A DNA stretch of 64,000 nt from an uncultured Candidatus Entotheonella sp. (GCA_965215335.1 CBDCDA010000001.1:704001-768000), one strand, 5' to 3'. Positions 50,532 to 62,942 are shown, counted from the first letter of the stretch. The notes: generated by a model from the sequence alone, not told the origin. Program-made: numbers and translations.

Positions 50532-51473
50532 ATGGGGTCAGCACGGGCATCGAAATGGAATCTCCCGGAACTCCTGCGCGCCATCCCGGTCCACAAGGCC
50601 TTTGGACGTCCTCTGGCCCCCTACACCTCGCTACGGATTGGCGGCCCTGTGGACGCACTGGTACAGGTCGACAACCTTGAAGCGCTCCGCCAGGTGCTAG
50701 ACGTAGCCAACCGTCACGAAATTCCGCTTTCCGTGCTCGGCGGCGGCTCCAACATTCTGATACGTGACGGCGGCGTCCGTGGTATCATGCTGTCGTTGCG
50801 CGGCGCGTTCCGTAGTTGCTGGCTGCAACCCAATGCCGACGGCGAAACGGCGGACGTGAAGGTGGGTGCCGGATACTCATTGTCGCGTTTGGCGATGCAG
50901 GTAGGCAGGCTTGGTTGGAGCGGCCTGGAATTTTCCTACGGAATACCGGGGACGCTCGGCGGGGCCATGGTGATGAATGCTGGTACCAGCCTCGGGGACA
51001 TGAGCGGCACATTGGTAGCCACGCGCATGTTGTGTCGGGACGGCGAGATATACGAATTACCGGTCAGTGCCGCGGGGCTGCGCTATCGTGCCTCCTCATA
51101 TCCGCCGGGGGCCGTCCTGCTGGAAGCGACCCTTCGGTTTCAGCGTGGCGACGCATCGGCCATCAGTTCGACCATGCGTGGAGGATACCGGCGGCGGCGG
51201 CAGACACAACCCCTCACATTGCCCAGCGCCGGCTCTACCTTCACAAACCCCCACGGGCGGGCTGCCGGGTATTTAATCGAACGCCTGGGATTGAAGGGCA
51301 CCCGCATCGGCGGTGCGCAGGTTTCGTCCGTGCACGCCAACTTCATTACCAACGTTGCCCGTGCTACGGCTGCCGATGTCGAAACCTTGATTGCTCATAT
51401 CCGGCACCGCGTTCAGGAAGCGTATGGCATCTCGCTGACCAGGGAAGTGCGTATCGTCGGAGAGAAGGGCTGA
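50532..51473 (+). CDS. murB: UDP-GlcNAc-enolpyruvate reductase
   Basis: TSLRIGG, GGGSNIL, GIPGTLGG..MNAG, QP..PSAGSTF, HANFI. Confidence 0.95.
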   Translation: MGSARASKWNLPELLRAIPVHKAFGRPLAPYTSLRIGGPVDALVQVDNLEALRQVLDVANRHEIPLSVLGGGSNILIRDGGVRGIMLSLRGAFRSCWLQPNADGETADVKVGAGYSLSRLAMQVGRLGWSGLEFSYGIPGTLGGAMVMNAGTSLGDMSGTLVATRMLCRDGEIYELPVSAAGLRYRASSYPPGAVLLEATLRFQRGDASAISSTMRGGYRRRRQTQPLTLPSAGSTFTNPHGRAAGYLIERLGLKGTRIGGAQVSSVHANFITNVARATAADVETLIAHIRHRVQEAYGISLTREVRIVGEKG

Positions 51474-51476
51474 GAC

Positions 51477-52295
51477 ATGCCACTAGCCGCCGCCAGTCAT
51501 GTGCTGCATCAGGCACAACGCCGGCAGCTGCGCGCCAAGCGCTGGCTGCGCAGGACGTTCTTCCTGGGCAAATGCCTGGTGGGACTGACACTGTGCGCGG
51601 CCTTGGCATGGGGCGCGCACGGTGTGTGGGAACGTGTCGTACAGGCTGACTATTTCAAGCTGCGGACCATTCACATCGCCGGCAACGAAACGCTCTCCGA
51701 GCAACGCATTCGCTATCTTCTCGCCATTCCGGCCGATCATTCGCTGCTGGCAATCGATTTGCCACGCCTTGGGACGCGCTTGTCCCGTCATCCATTCATC
51801 CAGACGGTAGCCCTGCGCCGCCGCCTACCCGACACGCTGGAGGTTACCATTCAGGAACAATCCCCTGCCCTTGTCATACGCTCGCGTGGGCAGAGTCTGA
51901 TCGTGGATACCGAGGGCCACGTCCTGCGCGACTTCGATCCCGAAGAGGATAGCGCCCTACCGGAGCTGATTTTGAATCAACCGTACGCCTTGTCGCCCGG
52001 TATGCGCCTGGACTTGAAGGAGATTGAACGCGCCTTTGAATTGCTGCGCACCTACCGGGCGTCCCCATTGAATGCCACCATGCGCCTCCGGAAACTCTCC
52101 ATCTCGGCCTCGGGCGCCTCGGTGTGGAAGATAGAACCGTACACGTTCCAACTGCGCTTTGGCGAGGGGCAGGTCGTCTCCCAACTGGAGCGCCTGCCGC
52201 ACATCTTGACCTACATTGCCCATAAAGGGCTCGAAGTACAGGCCATTGACCTTTCATATCGAAACAGGATTATCGTCGTCATACCCAAAGGCTGA
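51477..52295 (+). CDS. ftsQ: cell division protein FtsQ
   Basis: TM plus POTRA (IHIAGN, RRRLPDTLEV), C-terminal IDLSY; position before ftsA. Confidence 0.85.
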   Translation: MPLAAASHVLHQAQRRQLRAKRWLRRTFFLGKCLVGLTLCAALAWGAHGVWERVVQADYFKLRTIHIAGNETLSEQRIRYLLAIPADHSLLAIDLPRLGTRLSRHPFIQTVALRRRLPDTLEVTIQEQSPALVIRSRGQSLIVDTEGHVLRDFDPEEDSALPELILNQPYALSPGMRLDLKEIERAFELLRTYRASPLNATMRLRKLSISASGASVWKIEPYTFQLRFGEGQVVSQLERLPHILTYIAHKGLEVQAIDLSYRNRIIVVIPKG

Positions 52296-52313
52296 CGCGT
52301 CAGGAGAAGCATT

Positions 52314-53552
52314 ATGGGCCGCAAGGCACGCAACATTGTAGTTGGTCTGGATATGGGGACCACCAAAATTTCGGCCCTCATCGGAGAAATTCAAGACGGT
52401 GGAATGATCGACGTGGTCGGCATCGGCTCCCATCCTTACAGCGGGATCCAGAAGGGTGTCGTGGCCAATATGGACAGGACCGCAGAGGCCATCGGCAAAG
52501 CCGTCGAAGAAGCCCAGATCATGGCTGATGTCGAGGTTGATTCCGCCTACGTGAGTCTTGCCGGCCCGTACCTCCACGGCATCAACAGCGCCGGCATCAT
52601 CGCCGTGAAGAACCAGGAAATTACCGGGCACGAGATCAAGCGGGTCATCGAGGCGGCGCGGGTCGTGGCACTGCCGGAGGATCGCGAGATCATTCACGTC
52701 TTGCCGCAAGAGTTCGTCGTGGACGACCAAGGCGGCATCCTGGAACCGCCCCTCGGAATGTCCGCCACCCGCCTGGAGGTGAAAGTCCATATTGTCACCG
52801 TCACCGTGGCTGCGGCCAACAACGTCATCAGATGCGTCAACAAGGCGGGCTTCGAAGTCGAGGACATTGTGCTGGAGCAGCTAGCCGTCAGTGAGGCGAC
52901 CTTGAATGCCGATGAACGCGGCGCGGAGGTACTGCTCATCGACATCGGCGGTGGTAGCACCAACATCGCGCTACTTTCAGACGGCAGCCTGAGATTCACA
53001 GCGGTTCTGGGTGTCGGCGGCACGCACATTACCAAAGACCTGGCCGTCGGCTTGAACACCTCCGTGTCGGATGCCGAACAGATCAAGAAAGCCCACGGCT
53101 GCGCACACATCCCGCTCGTCAATGACCGCGACATGGTGGAGGTCAGTTTCGGCAGCAATTACGAGACTGAGCGCATACAGCGGCTCGACATCTGCGAGAT
53201 CATCGAACCGCGGGCCGAGGAGATTTTGCAGATGGTCCTGAGTGAGGTCAACGACAGCGGCTACGCTACCGACATGATCTCGTGCGTCGTTCTGACGGGC
53301 GGGACGGCGTCGCTGGAGGGTATCGTGGAATTGGCCGAGGAGGTGTTTCAGGTACCTGTTCGGCGTGGCATTCCCATCGGCATCGAAGGGCTGTCGGAAA
53401 TTGTCAAGAACCCCGTGCATACCACTGGCGCAGGCTTGTTGTTATTTGCGGTCAAACAGCAGCAGGGTCGTTTACGTCAGTTCGCGGAGCAGGGTTTGTT
53501 CAGCAGGTTCTACCATCGCATGCGCAATTGGTTCATTGACTTCGTTTCATAA
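52314..53552 (+). CDS. ftsA: cell division protein FtsA
   Basis: GLDMGTTKI, IDIGGGST, VLTGG, C-terminal amphipathic helix. Confidence 0.96.
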   Translation: MGRKARNIVVGLDMGTTKISALIGEIQDGGMIDVVGIGSHPYSGIQKGVVANMDRTAEAIGKAVEEAQIMADVEVDSAYVSLAGPYLHGINSAGIIAVKNQEITGHEIKRVIEAARVVALPEDREIIHVLPQEFVVDDQGGILEPPLGMSATRLEVKVHIVTVTVAAANNVIRCVNKAGFEVEDIVLEQLAVSEATLNADERGAEVLLIDIGGGSTNIALLSDGSLRFTAVLGVGGTHITKDLAVGLNTSVSDAEQIKKAHGCAHIPLVNDRDMVEVSFGSNYETERIQRLDICEIIEPRAEEILQMVLSEVNDSGYATDMISCVVLTGGTASLEGIVELAEEVFQVPVRRGIPIGIEGLSEIVKNPVHTTGAGLLLFAVKQQQGRLRQFAEQGLFSRFYHRMRNWFIDFVS

Positions 53553-53570
53553 ACCAGAGGGGGCTGAGAG

Positions 53571-54758
53571 ATGGAAAATCGTCTGTCGTTGGCCGATGTG
53601 TCCGGGGAAGATAATAACCGTATTCACCTTGCCGGCCGTGCAGACAACGGCGTAACGACGATTAAGGTCGTCGGCGTGGGCGGTGCAGGCGGCAACGCCG
53701 TGGACAACATGATCGAGGAACGCGGTGCGGGCGTTGAATTCATTACCGCGAATACCGATCTGCAGGCGCTCGAAGGCACCTTGGCGCCGACCAAGCTGCA
53801 GATCGGGTCGGAACTGACCAAGGGCCTGGGTGCTGGTGCAAATCCCGAAATCGGGCGCCGTTCCGCAGAGGAAAGCCATCAGGAAATCAGCGGCCATCTG
53901 GCCGGTACCGACATGGTATTTATTACCGCCGGCATGGGTGGCGGCACCGGCACGGGCGCAGCGCCGATTATCGCCAATATTGCCAAAGAACTGGGTTGCT
54001 TGACGGTTGCCGTCATCACCAAACCGTTCGACTTCGAGGGCAAAACGCGCAAAACGCAGGCCGAGGAGGGCGTGCGCGCACTGCGCAACACGGCGGACAC
54101 GCTGATCACCATCCCCAACCAGCGGTTGTTGCAGGTCGTGGGCCGCGGCACCTCGCTGCGCGACGCTTTCAAGGTAGCGGACAACGTGCTGCGGCAGGCG
54201 GTAGAAGGCATTGCAAACCTGATCGTTGCGCCCGGCCTGATCAACCTTGATTTCGCCGACGTCCAGACCATCATGAGCGGTATGGGTTTGGCCGTTATGG
54301 GAACCGGTGTCGGACATGGCGACAAGCGTGCCATTGAGGCGGCGCACCTGGCTGTCTCCAGCCCGCTGCTCGAGGATTCCTCGATTGACGGCGCGCGCGG
54401 CATTTTGTTGAACGTCACCGGTGGCCTTGATATTGCCCTTCATGAAGTTCACGACGCGGCGTCGATTATCCGCGAGGCGGTTCACGAAGATGCGCACATC
54501 ATTTTCGGTGCCGTGACCGACGAGAAACTCGAAGACGAATTGCGCGTGACGGTTATCGCCACCGGCTTTCATCATCGGGACGCGGATGCGCGAGCGCTAC
54601 GCCCGACGGGGCGCACCAATCAGGACATGCACGGTCTTGACGGGATGCAGGAACGTCGCCAGCGGTCGCAAGGCCCCAAAGAGGTCGCGCCGCCTGCCGC
54701 TGAACCCGGCGCACGACGCTTGGACATTCCCGCCTTTGTGCGCCGCAGGGTCCGTTGA
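53571..54758 (+). CDS. ftsZ: cell division GTPase FtsZ
   Basis: [25 protein letters not shown]-terminal LDIPAF. Confidence 0.98.
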   Translation: MENRLSLADVSGEDNNRIHLAGRADNGVTTIKVVGVGGAGGNAVDNMIEERGAGVEFITANTDLQALEGTLAPTKLQIGSELTKGLGAGANPEIGRRSAEESHQEISGHLAGTDMVFITAGMGGGTGTGAAPIIANIAKELGCLTVAVITKPFDFEGKTRKTQAEEGVRALRNTADTLITIPNQRLLQVVGRGTSLRDAFKVADNVLRQAVEGIANLIVAPGLINLDFADVQTIMSGMGLAVMGTGVGHGDKRAIEAAHLAVSSPLLEDSSIDGARGILLNVTGGLDIALHEVHDAASIIREAVHEDAHIIFGAVTDEKLEDELRVTVIATGFHHRDADARALRPTGRTNQDMHGLDGMQERRQRSQGPKEVAPPAAEPGARRLDIPAFVRRRVR

Positions 54759-55651
54759 CAGATCCGGCCGTACAGCGGGAGAGAGACACCATGCAGGCCG
54801 TTGCGGAGGGGCGCCTGCTGTGGCGTTGTACGCCTGAAGTCGCGTACTTGACGCCGACTGCCCTGCAGGGTCATGCCTGGCTGCGATGCGCCTTTACCAT
54901 GCGCCGCACCGGCTCTGCGGCAGGCGGCTTCAATCTCAGCTACGACCGGGGCCCGCCTCACGTTGTCAGCAGGCACCGTGAGGCGTTGTTGAAAGCGCTG
55001 GAGCTGGAAGGGTCAGCGCTCCACACGGTGCGCCAGGTACACGGAAACAGGGTGCGCGTCGTTGATGCTGTGGTGTTGCCAAACAGCCTCGCCGGTGTCG
55101 AGGCCGATGCGCTGGTGACGACGTTGCCCAACACGGCCCTCGGTGTTCTCACCGCCGACTGCCTCCCCATCGTCCTCTACGCCCTGCATACCCCGCTTGT
55201 TGCGGTCGTGCATGCCGGGCGCATGGGAACCTTCCATCTCGTTGTTCGCGCTGCACTCGGCGTCATCAAACGGCAATTTGGCATCAATCCGGCCCGATTG
55301 CACGCCTTGCTCGGACCAGCCATAGGCGCGTGCTGCCATGACCTGGACGACCATGGCGTACGCCCCTTCCAGGAACGGTTCCCCGATTGGCAACGATTCA
55401 TCAAGCCCAACGAACGGCACAGGGATACGGCCCGACCCTGGACGATGAGCCTCACGGCTGCCAATGAGGGCCAACTCCTGGCCGCAGGGATACCACCGAT
55501 TCAGCTTGAGATCGTATCGCCGTGTACGCAGTGCCACCACGAACGTTTCTATTCCCACCGCGCTCAAGGTCCAAAGGCCGGACGCGGCATGGCTGTCATC
55601 GGCATACGGCATCGTGGCAAACCGCCTTGTCTCGACGACTCGGGAAAGTGA
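54755..55651 (+). CDS. pgeF: peptidoglycan editing factor / laccase-domain protein
   Basis: [30 protein letters not shown]. Confidence 0.88.
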   Translation: MTDPAVQRERDTMQAVAEGRLLWRCTPEVAYLTPTALQGHAWLRCAFTMRRTGSAAGGFNLSYDRGPPHVVSRHREALLKALELEGSALHTVRQVHGNRVRVVDAVVLPNSLAGVEADALVTTLPNTALGVLTADCLPIVLYALHTPLVAVVHAGRMGTFHLVVRAALGVIKRQFGINPARLHALLGPAIGACCHDLDDHGVRPFQERFPDWQRFIKPNERHRDTARPWTMSLTAANEGQLLAAGIPPIQLEIVSPCTQCHHERFYSHRAQGPKAGRGMAVIGIRHRGKPPCLDDSGK

Positions 55652-55752
55652 TTGCACTTTACCGGATGTCTTGCTATATAGGGTGTCTTACTCCACACCC
55701 TGTTATCGCCCTCGTCACACTGAGACCATTCATCCTCGCACACGTCAGGGGC

Positions 55753-56490
55753 ATGATGGCGCAGGCCAACGCATCCGATACCGATAAAGTCCTGTCCATC
55801 GCCGACAACGTCGGGCGCGTGCGCGCACGTATGTGCCAGGCGGCCGAGCGCGCTGGCCGCGATCCGACGGCCGTGCGGCTTGTCGCCGCCAGCAAGACAG
55901 TGGACGTCGCCCGCATTCGCGCTGCCATCGCCGCAGGGGTGACCATACTGGGGGAAAATTATCTCCAGGAAACGCGGCAGAAGCTGGGTCAGTTGGGTCG
56001 GTCCGGCGTCGAGTGGCACTTGATCGGCCCTTTACAACGCAACAAAGTGCGGTACGTCTTCGACCTGTTCGACATGATGCACTCGCTTGACCGCCTGGAG
56101 CTGGCCGAGGAGATCAACCGTCGCGCCGAGCGCCTTGGGCGGCGACTGCCGGTGTTGCTGGAAGTAAACGTTGGCGGCGAGGCGAGCAAAAGTGGCTGGA
56201 CCCCGGCGGGCCTTCTGAACGACATCAAACAACTCGCCGCCTTGCCGCACATTCAGGTGCGCGGCTTGATGACCATCCCGCCACCCGTACCGCAGCCGCA
56301 CGAGGCCAGGTCCTTTTTCCGCCAATTGCGCCAATTGCGCGCCCGCCTGGTCCAGGCGGGCCACGACGGCATGACGTTCGACGAACTGTCCATGGGCATG
56401 ACGGCAGACTATGAAGTGGCCATTGAAGAGGGCGCGACCCTCGTCCGAGTCGGGACGGCCATATTCGGCCCGCGCCCGGAGCGTCGCTGA
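55753..56490 (+). CDS. yggS: PLP homeostasis protein
   Basis: LVAASK, GENYLQE, WHLIGPLQRNK, GLMTIPP, LSMGMT.D, VRVGTAIFG. Confidence 0.95.
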   Translation: MMAQANASDTDKVLSIADNVGRVRARMCQAAERAGRDPTAVRLVAASKTVDVARIRAAIAAGVTILGENYLQETRQKLGQLGRSGVEWHLIGPLQRNKVRYVFDLFDMMHSLDRLELAEEINRRAERLGRRLPVLLEVNVGGEASKSGWTPAGLLNDIKQLAALPHIQVRGLMTIPPPVPQPHEARSFFRQLRQLRARLVQAGHDGMTFDELSMGMTADYEVAIEEGATLVRVGTAIFGPRPERR

Positions 56491-56507
56491 CGAACCGGGG
56501 AGAAAGC

Positions 56508-57329
56508 ATGATCGAAAATCTGCGCTTCGCCTTTCTCGGTGGCGGTAATATGGCGGAGGCCCTCATCAAGGGCTTGCTCACTGGCCTGGTCGTGAATCCT
56601 CGCCACATCGTCGCCACTGATGTCGTCCGCGAACGCTGCGACTATCTGCACGAGACATACGGCATTTGCACCTCCGACGATAATCCGCAGGCGGTGCGCG
56701 ACAGCCAGGTCATTTTCCTGGCCGTGAAACCGCAAACCGTGCCGGCGTTGCTGGAAGCCATCGCGCCGGATGTCAATCGGGACAGGCTGATCGTCTCCAT
56801 CGCCGCAGGCATCCCCCTGTCCACCCTGCAACGCGCCCTGGCTGACGACAGCCGCATCGTGCGGGTCATGCCGAACACGCCGGCCCTGGTTTTGGCAGGC
56901 GCCGCAGGCATTTCACCCAGCGCCGCGGCCACCCCAGCGGACATCGCCCTGGTGGAGCGCATATTCAACGTCGTTGGCCGCGCCACGGTGGTAAGCGATG
57001 GCATGATGGACACCGTCACCGGCTTGAGCGGCAGCGGACCGGCGTTCGTTTTCGCCTTTATCGAGGGCCTTTCCGACGGCGGTGTCCTGATGGGACTGGA
57101 CCGCCCGACCGCCACCATGCTGGCCGCGCAAACCGTCCTGGGCGCCGCCAAAATGGTTCTCGAGACCGGCAGGCATCCGGGCGATCTCAAGGACATGGTG
57201 ACCTCGCCCGCCGGTACCACCATCGCCGGCATGCAAGCGCTGGAAGACGGCGCCTTGCGAGGGCTGATGATGGCAGCCGTGTGCCGCGCCACCGAACGTT
57301 CGCAAGAGCTTGGTCGGGGTCTCAAATAG
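56508..57329 (+). CDS. proC: pyrroline-5-carboxylate reductase
   Basis: [34 protein letters not shown]. Confidence 0.96.
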   Translation: MIENLRFAFLGGGNMAEALIKGLLTGLVVNPRHIVATDVVRERCDYLHETYGICTSDDNPQAVRDSQVIFLAVKPQTVPALLEAIAPDVNRDRLIVSIAAGIPLSTLQRALADDSRIVRVMPNTPALVLAGAAGISPSAAATPADIALVERIFNVVGRATVVSDGMMDTVTGLSGSGPAFVFAFIEGLSDGGVLMGLDRPTATMLAAQTVLGAAKMVLETGRHPGDLKDMVTSPAGTTIAGMQALEDGALRGLMMAAVCRATERSQELGRGLK

Positions 57330-57341
57330 GGGCTCGGCGGC

Positions 57342-57448
57342 ATGGCAGCGGTTCCGTACTCGCCCCTGCTCACTACTCCCCCCAAAGGTGTCTTGTTGCG
57401 TGTGTGCGTGCAGCCCGGCGCCAGAATGGAACGCGTAGAGGGCTACCT
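57342..57448 (+). pseudogene. truncated DUF167/YggU-like N-terminal remnant
   Basis: [20 protein letters not shown] resembles the YggU N-terminus; expected synteny after yggS-proC; similarity stops at the mtnA start. Confidence 0.5.
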
Positions 57449-58537
<1,089 letters not shown>

Positions 58538-58555
58538 ATCGCAAGAAATCCACTG

Positions 58556-58945
58556 ATGAAGGAGAGCCTCGGCATGGCGTCAGGCAGGTATGACTTTGAT
58601 TGGCTGTTGGACCATGCGAAGGTGATTGCCTTCGACCCCGGACGGCTGAGCCTGTACGTATTCAGCCAGGACATGGCGATTGAAGATGTGCGGGAACGCG
58701 TTCTGGCCCCCATGAACGAGGCGGGGCTGTTTTCGTTGTCCGCCGCCAAATTCATCGAAGCCGACCGGCTCGAGCAATACCGCGGACAACTGGTGCGGGT
58801 AGCACTGATGGTGTTCGACGTTGCCGGGCAGCAGTGCGGCATTGTGATGACGTATCACGACAGGTATCAGCCGGATTTGGGACAATACGAGGCATGGTCC
58901 CGATTCTGGCACGAACGCTGCCTGCAGGCGGCGCGGGCGTCATGA
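58556..58945 (+). CDS. hypothetical protein (129 aa)
   Basis: Co-oriented ORF filling the gap after mtnA, typical codon usage. Confidence 0.55.
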   Translation: MKESLGMASGRYDFDWLLDHAKVIAFDPGRLSLYVFSQDMAIEDVRERVLAPMNEAGLFSLSAAKFIEADRLEQYRGQLVRVALMVFDVAGQQCGIVMTYHDRYQPDLGQYEAWSRFWHERCLQAARAS

Positions 58946-59114
58946 AAAGACCCTCCGAAACCCGCTGGGCAAATGCCCTGTACTCGTTAATGGAGATATG
59001 CTATATCGACGTGAGCAGCGTCTCAGGGACGAATCACGTTATTCAGTTATACTCTCGGCACCCGGTCATCCCGACGACCCGTTTGCGAACAACCCATCCG
59101 GTAAGGAGAAGACG

Positions 59115-60254
59115 ATGGTTTCTCAGCGTGACAAGAAACTGGTGGTGATACAGCTTAGCGGCGGCAATGACTGCCTCGACACCGTGGTACCCTACAGCAA
59201 CGGCCTGTATTACGATTTCCGACCCACCGTTCACATCGCCCCCGACGCCGTCCTGCCCATCAACGATCACTTCGGATTCCACCCCAGCATGGGCGCCATC
59301 AAGAATTTGTGGGACGAAGGCAAAGTCGCCATCATCAACGGCACCGGCTATCCCAACCCCAATCGTTCCCATTTCCGCTCCCTGGACATCTGGCACACCG
59401 CCGAGCCTGCCAAGATCGGCACCGAAGGCTGGCTGGGCCGCGTCATTCGCGAGATCGATCCCAAGGGTGAGAACGTGCTGACGGGCATCAACTTCGGCCG
59501 CGGCCTGCCACGTGCATTGGGCCTGCGGGGCGTTCCGGTGGCGTCGGTGGGCAACCTCGAAACCTACGGCCTGTTCCCTGACTTGCAGGACGAGGCGCTC
59601 AAGCAATCCGCCCTGGCGACCTTCACCAAGATGTACGGTGGTGCGGCCGGCCGGGACGTTGTCTTCGATTATCTCGGTCAGACCGGCGCCGACGTGCTCA
59701 AGGGCGCCGATATTCTTCGCCAGGCGCCGGCCCAGTATGCCTCCACGGTCACCTACCCCGACAACCCCGTGGCGCATAACCTCAAGAGCATCGCCCAGGT
59801 GCTCCTTGCCGACATCGGCACCCGCATTTATTACACCACCCATGCCAGCTTCGACACGCATTCCGGCGAGCTACCGACGCACGCCCAGTTGTGGGAGCAC
59901 GTCGACAGCGCGGTGGGAAGCTTCATGGACGACCTGAAGCTGCACAATCGCCTTGACGACACCGTGGTGTACATTTTCTCCGAATTCGGTCGGCGCGTGA
60001 AGGACAACGGTTCCGGCAGCGACCACGGCTCCGGCGGCGTGGCGTTCGTCATCGGCGATTCGGTGCAAGGCGGCATGTACGGCGAGTATCCCTCCCTGGA
60101 AGAAAAAGACCAACTCGAAGGCGACCTGCATTTCAATAATGATTTTCGCTGCACCTACGCGACCCTGCTGGAGCAGTGGATGGGACTGGAATCGGCGCCG
60201 ATCGTCAATGGACATTTCGAGCAGTTCGATTTCCTCAAACCGGCGGCTGCGTAA
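59115..60254 (+). CDS. DUF1501 family protein
   Basis: AAGGAG RBS; LVVIQLSGGND.L, NRSHF, FDTH, SEFGRR, DHG. Confidence 0.88.
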   Translation: MVSQRDKKLVVIQLSGGNDCLDTVVPYSNGLYYDFRPTVHIAPDAVLPINDHFGFHPSMGAIKNLWDEGKVAIINGTGYPNPNRSHFRSLDIWHTAEPAKIGTEGWLGRVIREIDPKGENVLTGINFGRGLPRALGLRGVPVASVGNLETYGLFPDLQDEALKQSALATFTKMYGGAAGRDVVFDYLGQTGADVLKGADILRQAPAQYASTVTYPDNPVAHNLKSIAQVLLADIGTRIYYTTHASFDTHSGELPTHAQLWEHVDSAVGSFMDDLKLHNRLDDTVVYIFSEFGRRVKDNGSGSDHGSGGVAFVIGDSVQGGMYGEYPSLEEKDQLEGDLHFNNDFRCTYATLLEQWMGLESAPIVNGHFEQFDFLKPAAA

Positions 60255-60312
60255 AGGATCTCTCCAAAACGGCCAATCCGCCGATGCACGAACAGGACAA
60301 GGAGACAGGAAC

Positions 60313-61731
60313 ATGAGTAATCAGGACTTTGCGCTTTTGGCCCACCTGATGCGTCGCGCCGGCTTTGGAGCCACGCGGGACGAGATCGAGGCTTGTGCCG
60401 CGCAGGGCTACACGGCGACGGTTGACGAACTGCTCAACCCCGGCGATCCGGAGGTAATGCCCGATGACGTTATCCGGCGTTACCACGTGGATCAATCCGA
60501 ACTGCGGCAGTTGGACGGCGCGGGGGCCAACTGGCTATACCGCATGATCACGACCAGGTGCCCGCTGGAAGAAAAGATCGCCCTGTTCTGGCACGGGCTG
60601 TTCGCCACCGGCTACAGCAAGCTGAACCAGGCAAGAGCCCTGCTGAATCAGGTCGACATGTTCCGGCGCCACGGCCTGGGTCACTTCGACAATCTGCTGG
60701 TGGAGTTGTCCAAAGACCCGGCGATGCTGCTGTGGCTGGACAACACCGATAACCACAAGGGCGCCATTAACGAGAACTACGGGCGCGAGCTGCTCGAACT
60801 GTTCTCCATGGGCATCGGCAACTACACGGAGGATGACATCAAGGAGTGCTCCCGCGCCTTTACCGGCTGGACGCTGGGCAATGCCGAGTACATGGCGGTA
60901 CGCGCCAGCAAGGATTCGATCTGGCCCTACAGCCGTATCGCCTGGCACTTCCAGTACCGCGACTGGGACCACGACGAGGGTGAGAAGACGTTCCTGGGCG
61001 AGACGGGCAATTTCAACGGCGAGGACATCATCGGCATCATCGCGCGTCAGCAGGCGACAGCGCGTTTCGTCAGCACCCGGCTGTTCCAGTTCTTCGCCGC
61101 CGATGAAGTAGACAGCGATGGTGAGCAGGTGATCGAGGCGATGATGCAGTCGTACTTCGATTCCGGCTACGAAATTCGTGCGGTGCTGCGGACGCTGTTC
61201 CTGTCGGACTATTTCATGTCCGAAAAGGCGCGCTATGCGCGAGTAAAGGGACCTGTGGAGCTTCTGGTGGGCGCCATCCGGCAGGCCGGCAGTTACCGCA
61301 CCCCGACCCTGGGCGTGCACCAACTGGCCTATCAGGGCTTTTTCATGGGGCAGGGCCTGTTGCAGCCGCCGTCCGTTGAGGGCTGGCACGAAGGCATGGA
61401 GTGGATCGACAGCGGCTCGCTGGTCGAGCGGGTCAACTTCGTGGCGCAGGAGCTGAGCAATCTGGACAAGCCGGGCGTACGGGCCATCATCGACCGGCTG
61501 GCCGCTGAAAACGACGGCGAGTTGACCCCGGAGCAACTCGTCGATCAGTGTCTGGACCTGCTGGGGCCGGTAGCGGTTGAGGACGACACGCGCACGGCGT
61601 TGGTGGACTTCGCCGCGGCGGGTGGCGGCGCGCTGAACCTCAGCGCGCATCAGCCGGGCGATGCCGCGGAGCAGCGGGTCAGCAACGTGTTGCGGGTCAT
61701 CGCCTCGACCCGGGAATATCAACTGGCGTAG
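60313..61731 (+). CDS. DUF1800 family protein
   Basis: HLMRRAGFG, LFWHGLFAT, DPAMLLWLD, NENYGRELLELFSMG, AFTGW, PPSVEGW. Confidence 0.9.
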   Translation: MSNQDFALLAHLMRRAGFGATRDEIEACAAQGYTATVDELLNPGDPEVMPDDVIRRYHVDQSELRQLDGAGANWLYRMITTRCPLEEKIALFWHGLFATGYSKLNQARALLNQVDMFRRHGLGHFDNLLVELSKDPAMLLWLDNTDNHKGAINENYGRELLELFSMGIGNYTEDDIKECSRAFTGWTLGNAEYMAVRASKDSIWPYSRIAWHFQYRDWDHDEGEKTFLGETGNFNGEDIIGIIARQQATARFVSTRLFQFFAADEVDSDGEQVIEAMMQSYFDSGYEIRAVLRTLFLSDYFMSEKARYARVKGPVELLVGAIRQAGSYRTPTLGVHQLAYQGFFMGQGLLQPPSVEGWHEGMEWIDSGSLVERVNFVAQELSNLDKPGVRAIIDRLAAENDGELTPEQLVDQCLDLLGPVAVEDDTRTALVDFAAAGGGALNLSAHQPGDAAEQRVSNVLRVIASTREYQLA

Positions 61732-61740
61732 TGGCATGTA

Positions 61741-61775
61741 ACGGGCGGACCCTGGTTCACGGTCCGCCCGTTTTT
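61741..61775 (+). terminator. intrinsic terminator
   Basis: ACGGGCGGACC...GGTCCGCCCGT followed by TTTT. Confidence 0.7.
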
Positions 61776-61797
61776 ATATCAAGAGGGAGGTTGAGGC

Positions 61798-62826
61798 GTG
61801 AGTACGCAAGGCGTGATGCAGGGCGTGACGATGGCATACGTCAAGACCATCGGCATCGTCAACAACGGCGACAACGGGCGCGGTTTCGCCAATCCGCACG
61901 ATGTGGTGGTGAGCCGCGGCGGGCGCATTTTCGTGCTGAATCGCTGCGACCCGGCGCGGGCGGCGGCCATCCGTATCGGCATTTGCAATCTCGATGAGGA
62001 ATACCTGGGCGAGTTCGGCAACGGGTTTGGCACGGGCGACGGGCAGTTTGGACTACCGGTGGCGATGGCATTGGACAGCCGGGAGCGGCTGTACGTCACG
62101 GACGAGTATCTCCACCGAGTGTCGATTTTCGACACCTCCGGGACGTTCCTGGGCAAGTGGGGCGTGATGGGCAGCGGTGACGGACAGGTGAACGGGCCGG
62201 CCGGCATTGCCATCGATGCCGACGATAACGTGTATATCGCGGACCAGAACAATCACCGCATCCAGAAGTTCACGACGGACGGCCAGTACGTGGGCCAGTG
62301 GGGCGAGAGAGGCACCGGCAGCGGGCAGTTCGACATGCCGTGGGGCCTGTGCGCTGCGGGCGGCCATGTATACGTGGCAGACTGGCGAAACGACCGCGTC
62401 CAGAAGTTCACCGGCGACGGGACGTTTGTGACGTCGTTCGGCAGTTCGGGTGACGGCGACGGCCAGTTCAGCCGGCCCTCCGGCGTGGCTGTGGACACGG
62501 ACGGCAACATCTACGTGGCGGACTGGGGCAACGAGCGGGTGCAGGTGCTGGGGCCGGACGGCGGTTTTCAGCAACGCCTGCGGGGTCAGGCGACGCTGTC
62601 GAAGTGGGCCTCGGAGTTCTTTGCGGTCAATCCCGACGAGCAGGAAACGCGGGAGATGTCCGATCTGACACCGTCTTTACCGCCGCACCTCGAAACGCCC
62701 TACCAGATCTCTTCGCAGGTCGAGCCCTACTTCTGGGGACCGGTTTCGGTCAAGATGGACGCGGACAACCGGCTATACGTCGCGGAGACCAACCGGCACC
62801 GGCTGCAGATTTATCAGCGGAACTGA
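61798..62826 (+). CDS. NHL-repeat beta-propeller protein
   Basis: Repeats of G.GDGQF..P.G.A.D..GN.YVAD..N.RVQ.F. Confidence 0.9.
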   Translation: MSTQGVMQGVTMAYVKTIGIVNNGDNGRGFANPHDVVVSRGGRIFVLNRCDPARAAAIRIGICNLDEEYLGEFGNGFGTGDGQFGLPVAMALDSRERLYVTDEYLHRVSIFDTSGTFLGKWGVMGSGDGQVNGPAGIAIDADDNVYIADQNNHRIQKFTTDGQYVGQWGERGTGSGQFDMPWGLCAAGGHVYVADWRNDRVQKFTGDGTFVTSFGSSGDGDGQFSRPSGVAVDTDGNIYVADWGNERVQVLGPDGGFQQRLRGQATLSKWASEFFAVNPDEQETREMSDLTPSLPPHLETPYQISSQVEPYFWGPVSVKMDADNRLYVAETNRHRLQIYQRN

Positions 62827-62942
62827 TCCTGCCGCAACACGTCCACTGAGTCCCCCTGGTCGCTGGCAGATCTTGGCCAAGGGGACCGGGGCGCCACTCA
62901 TTCTCGCATCACCTCCCCCTGAATCGCCAGGAGTACTGAACG

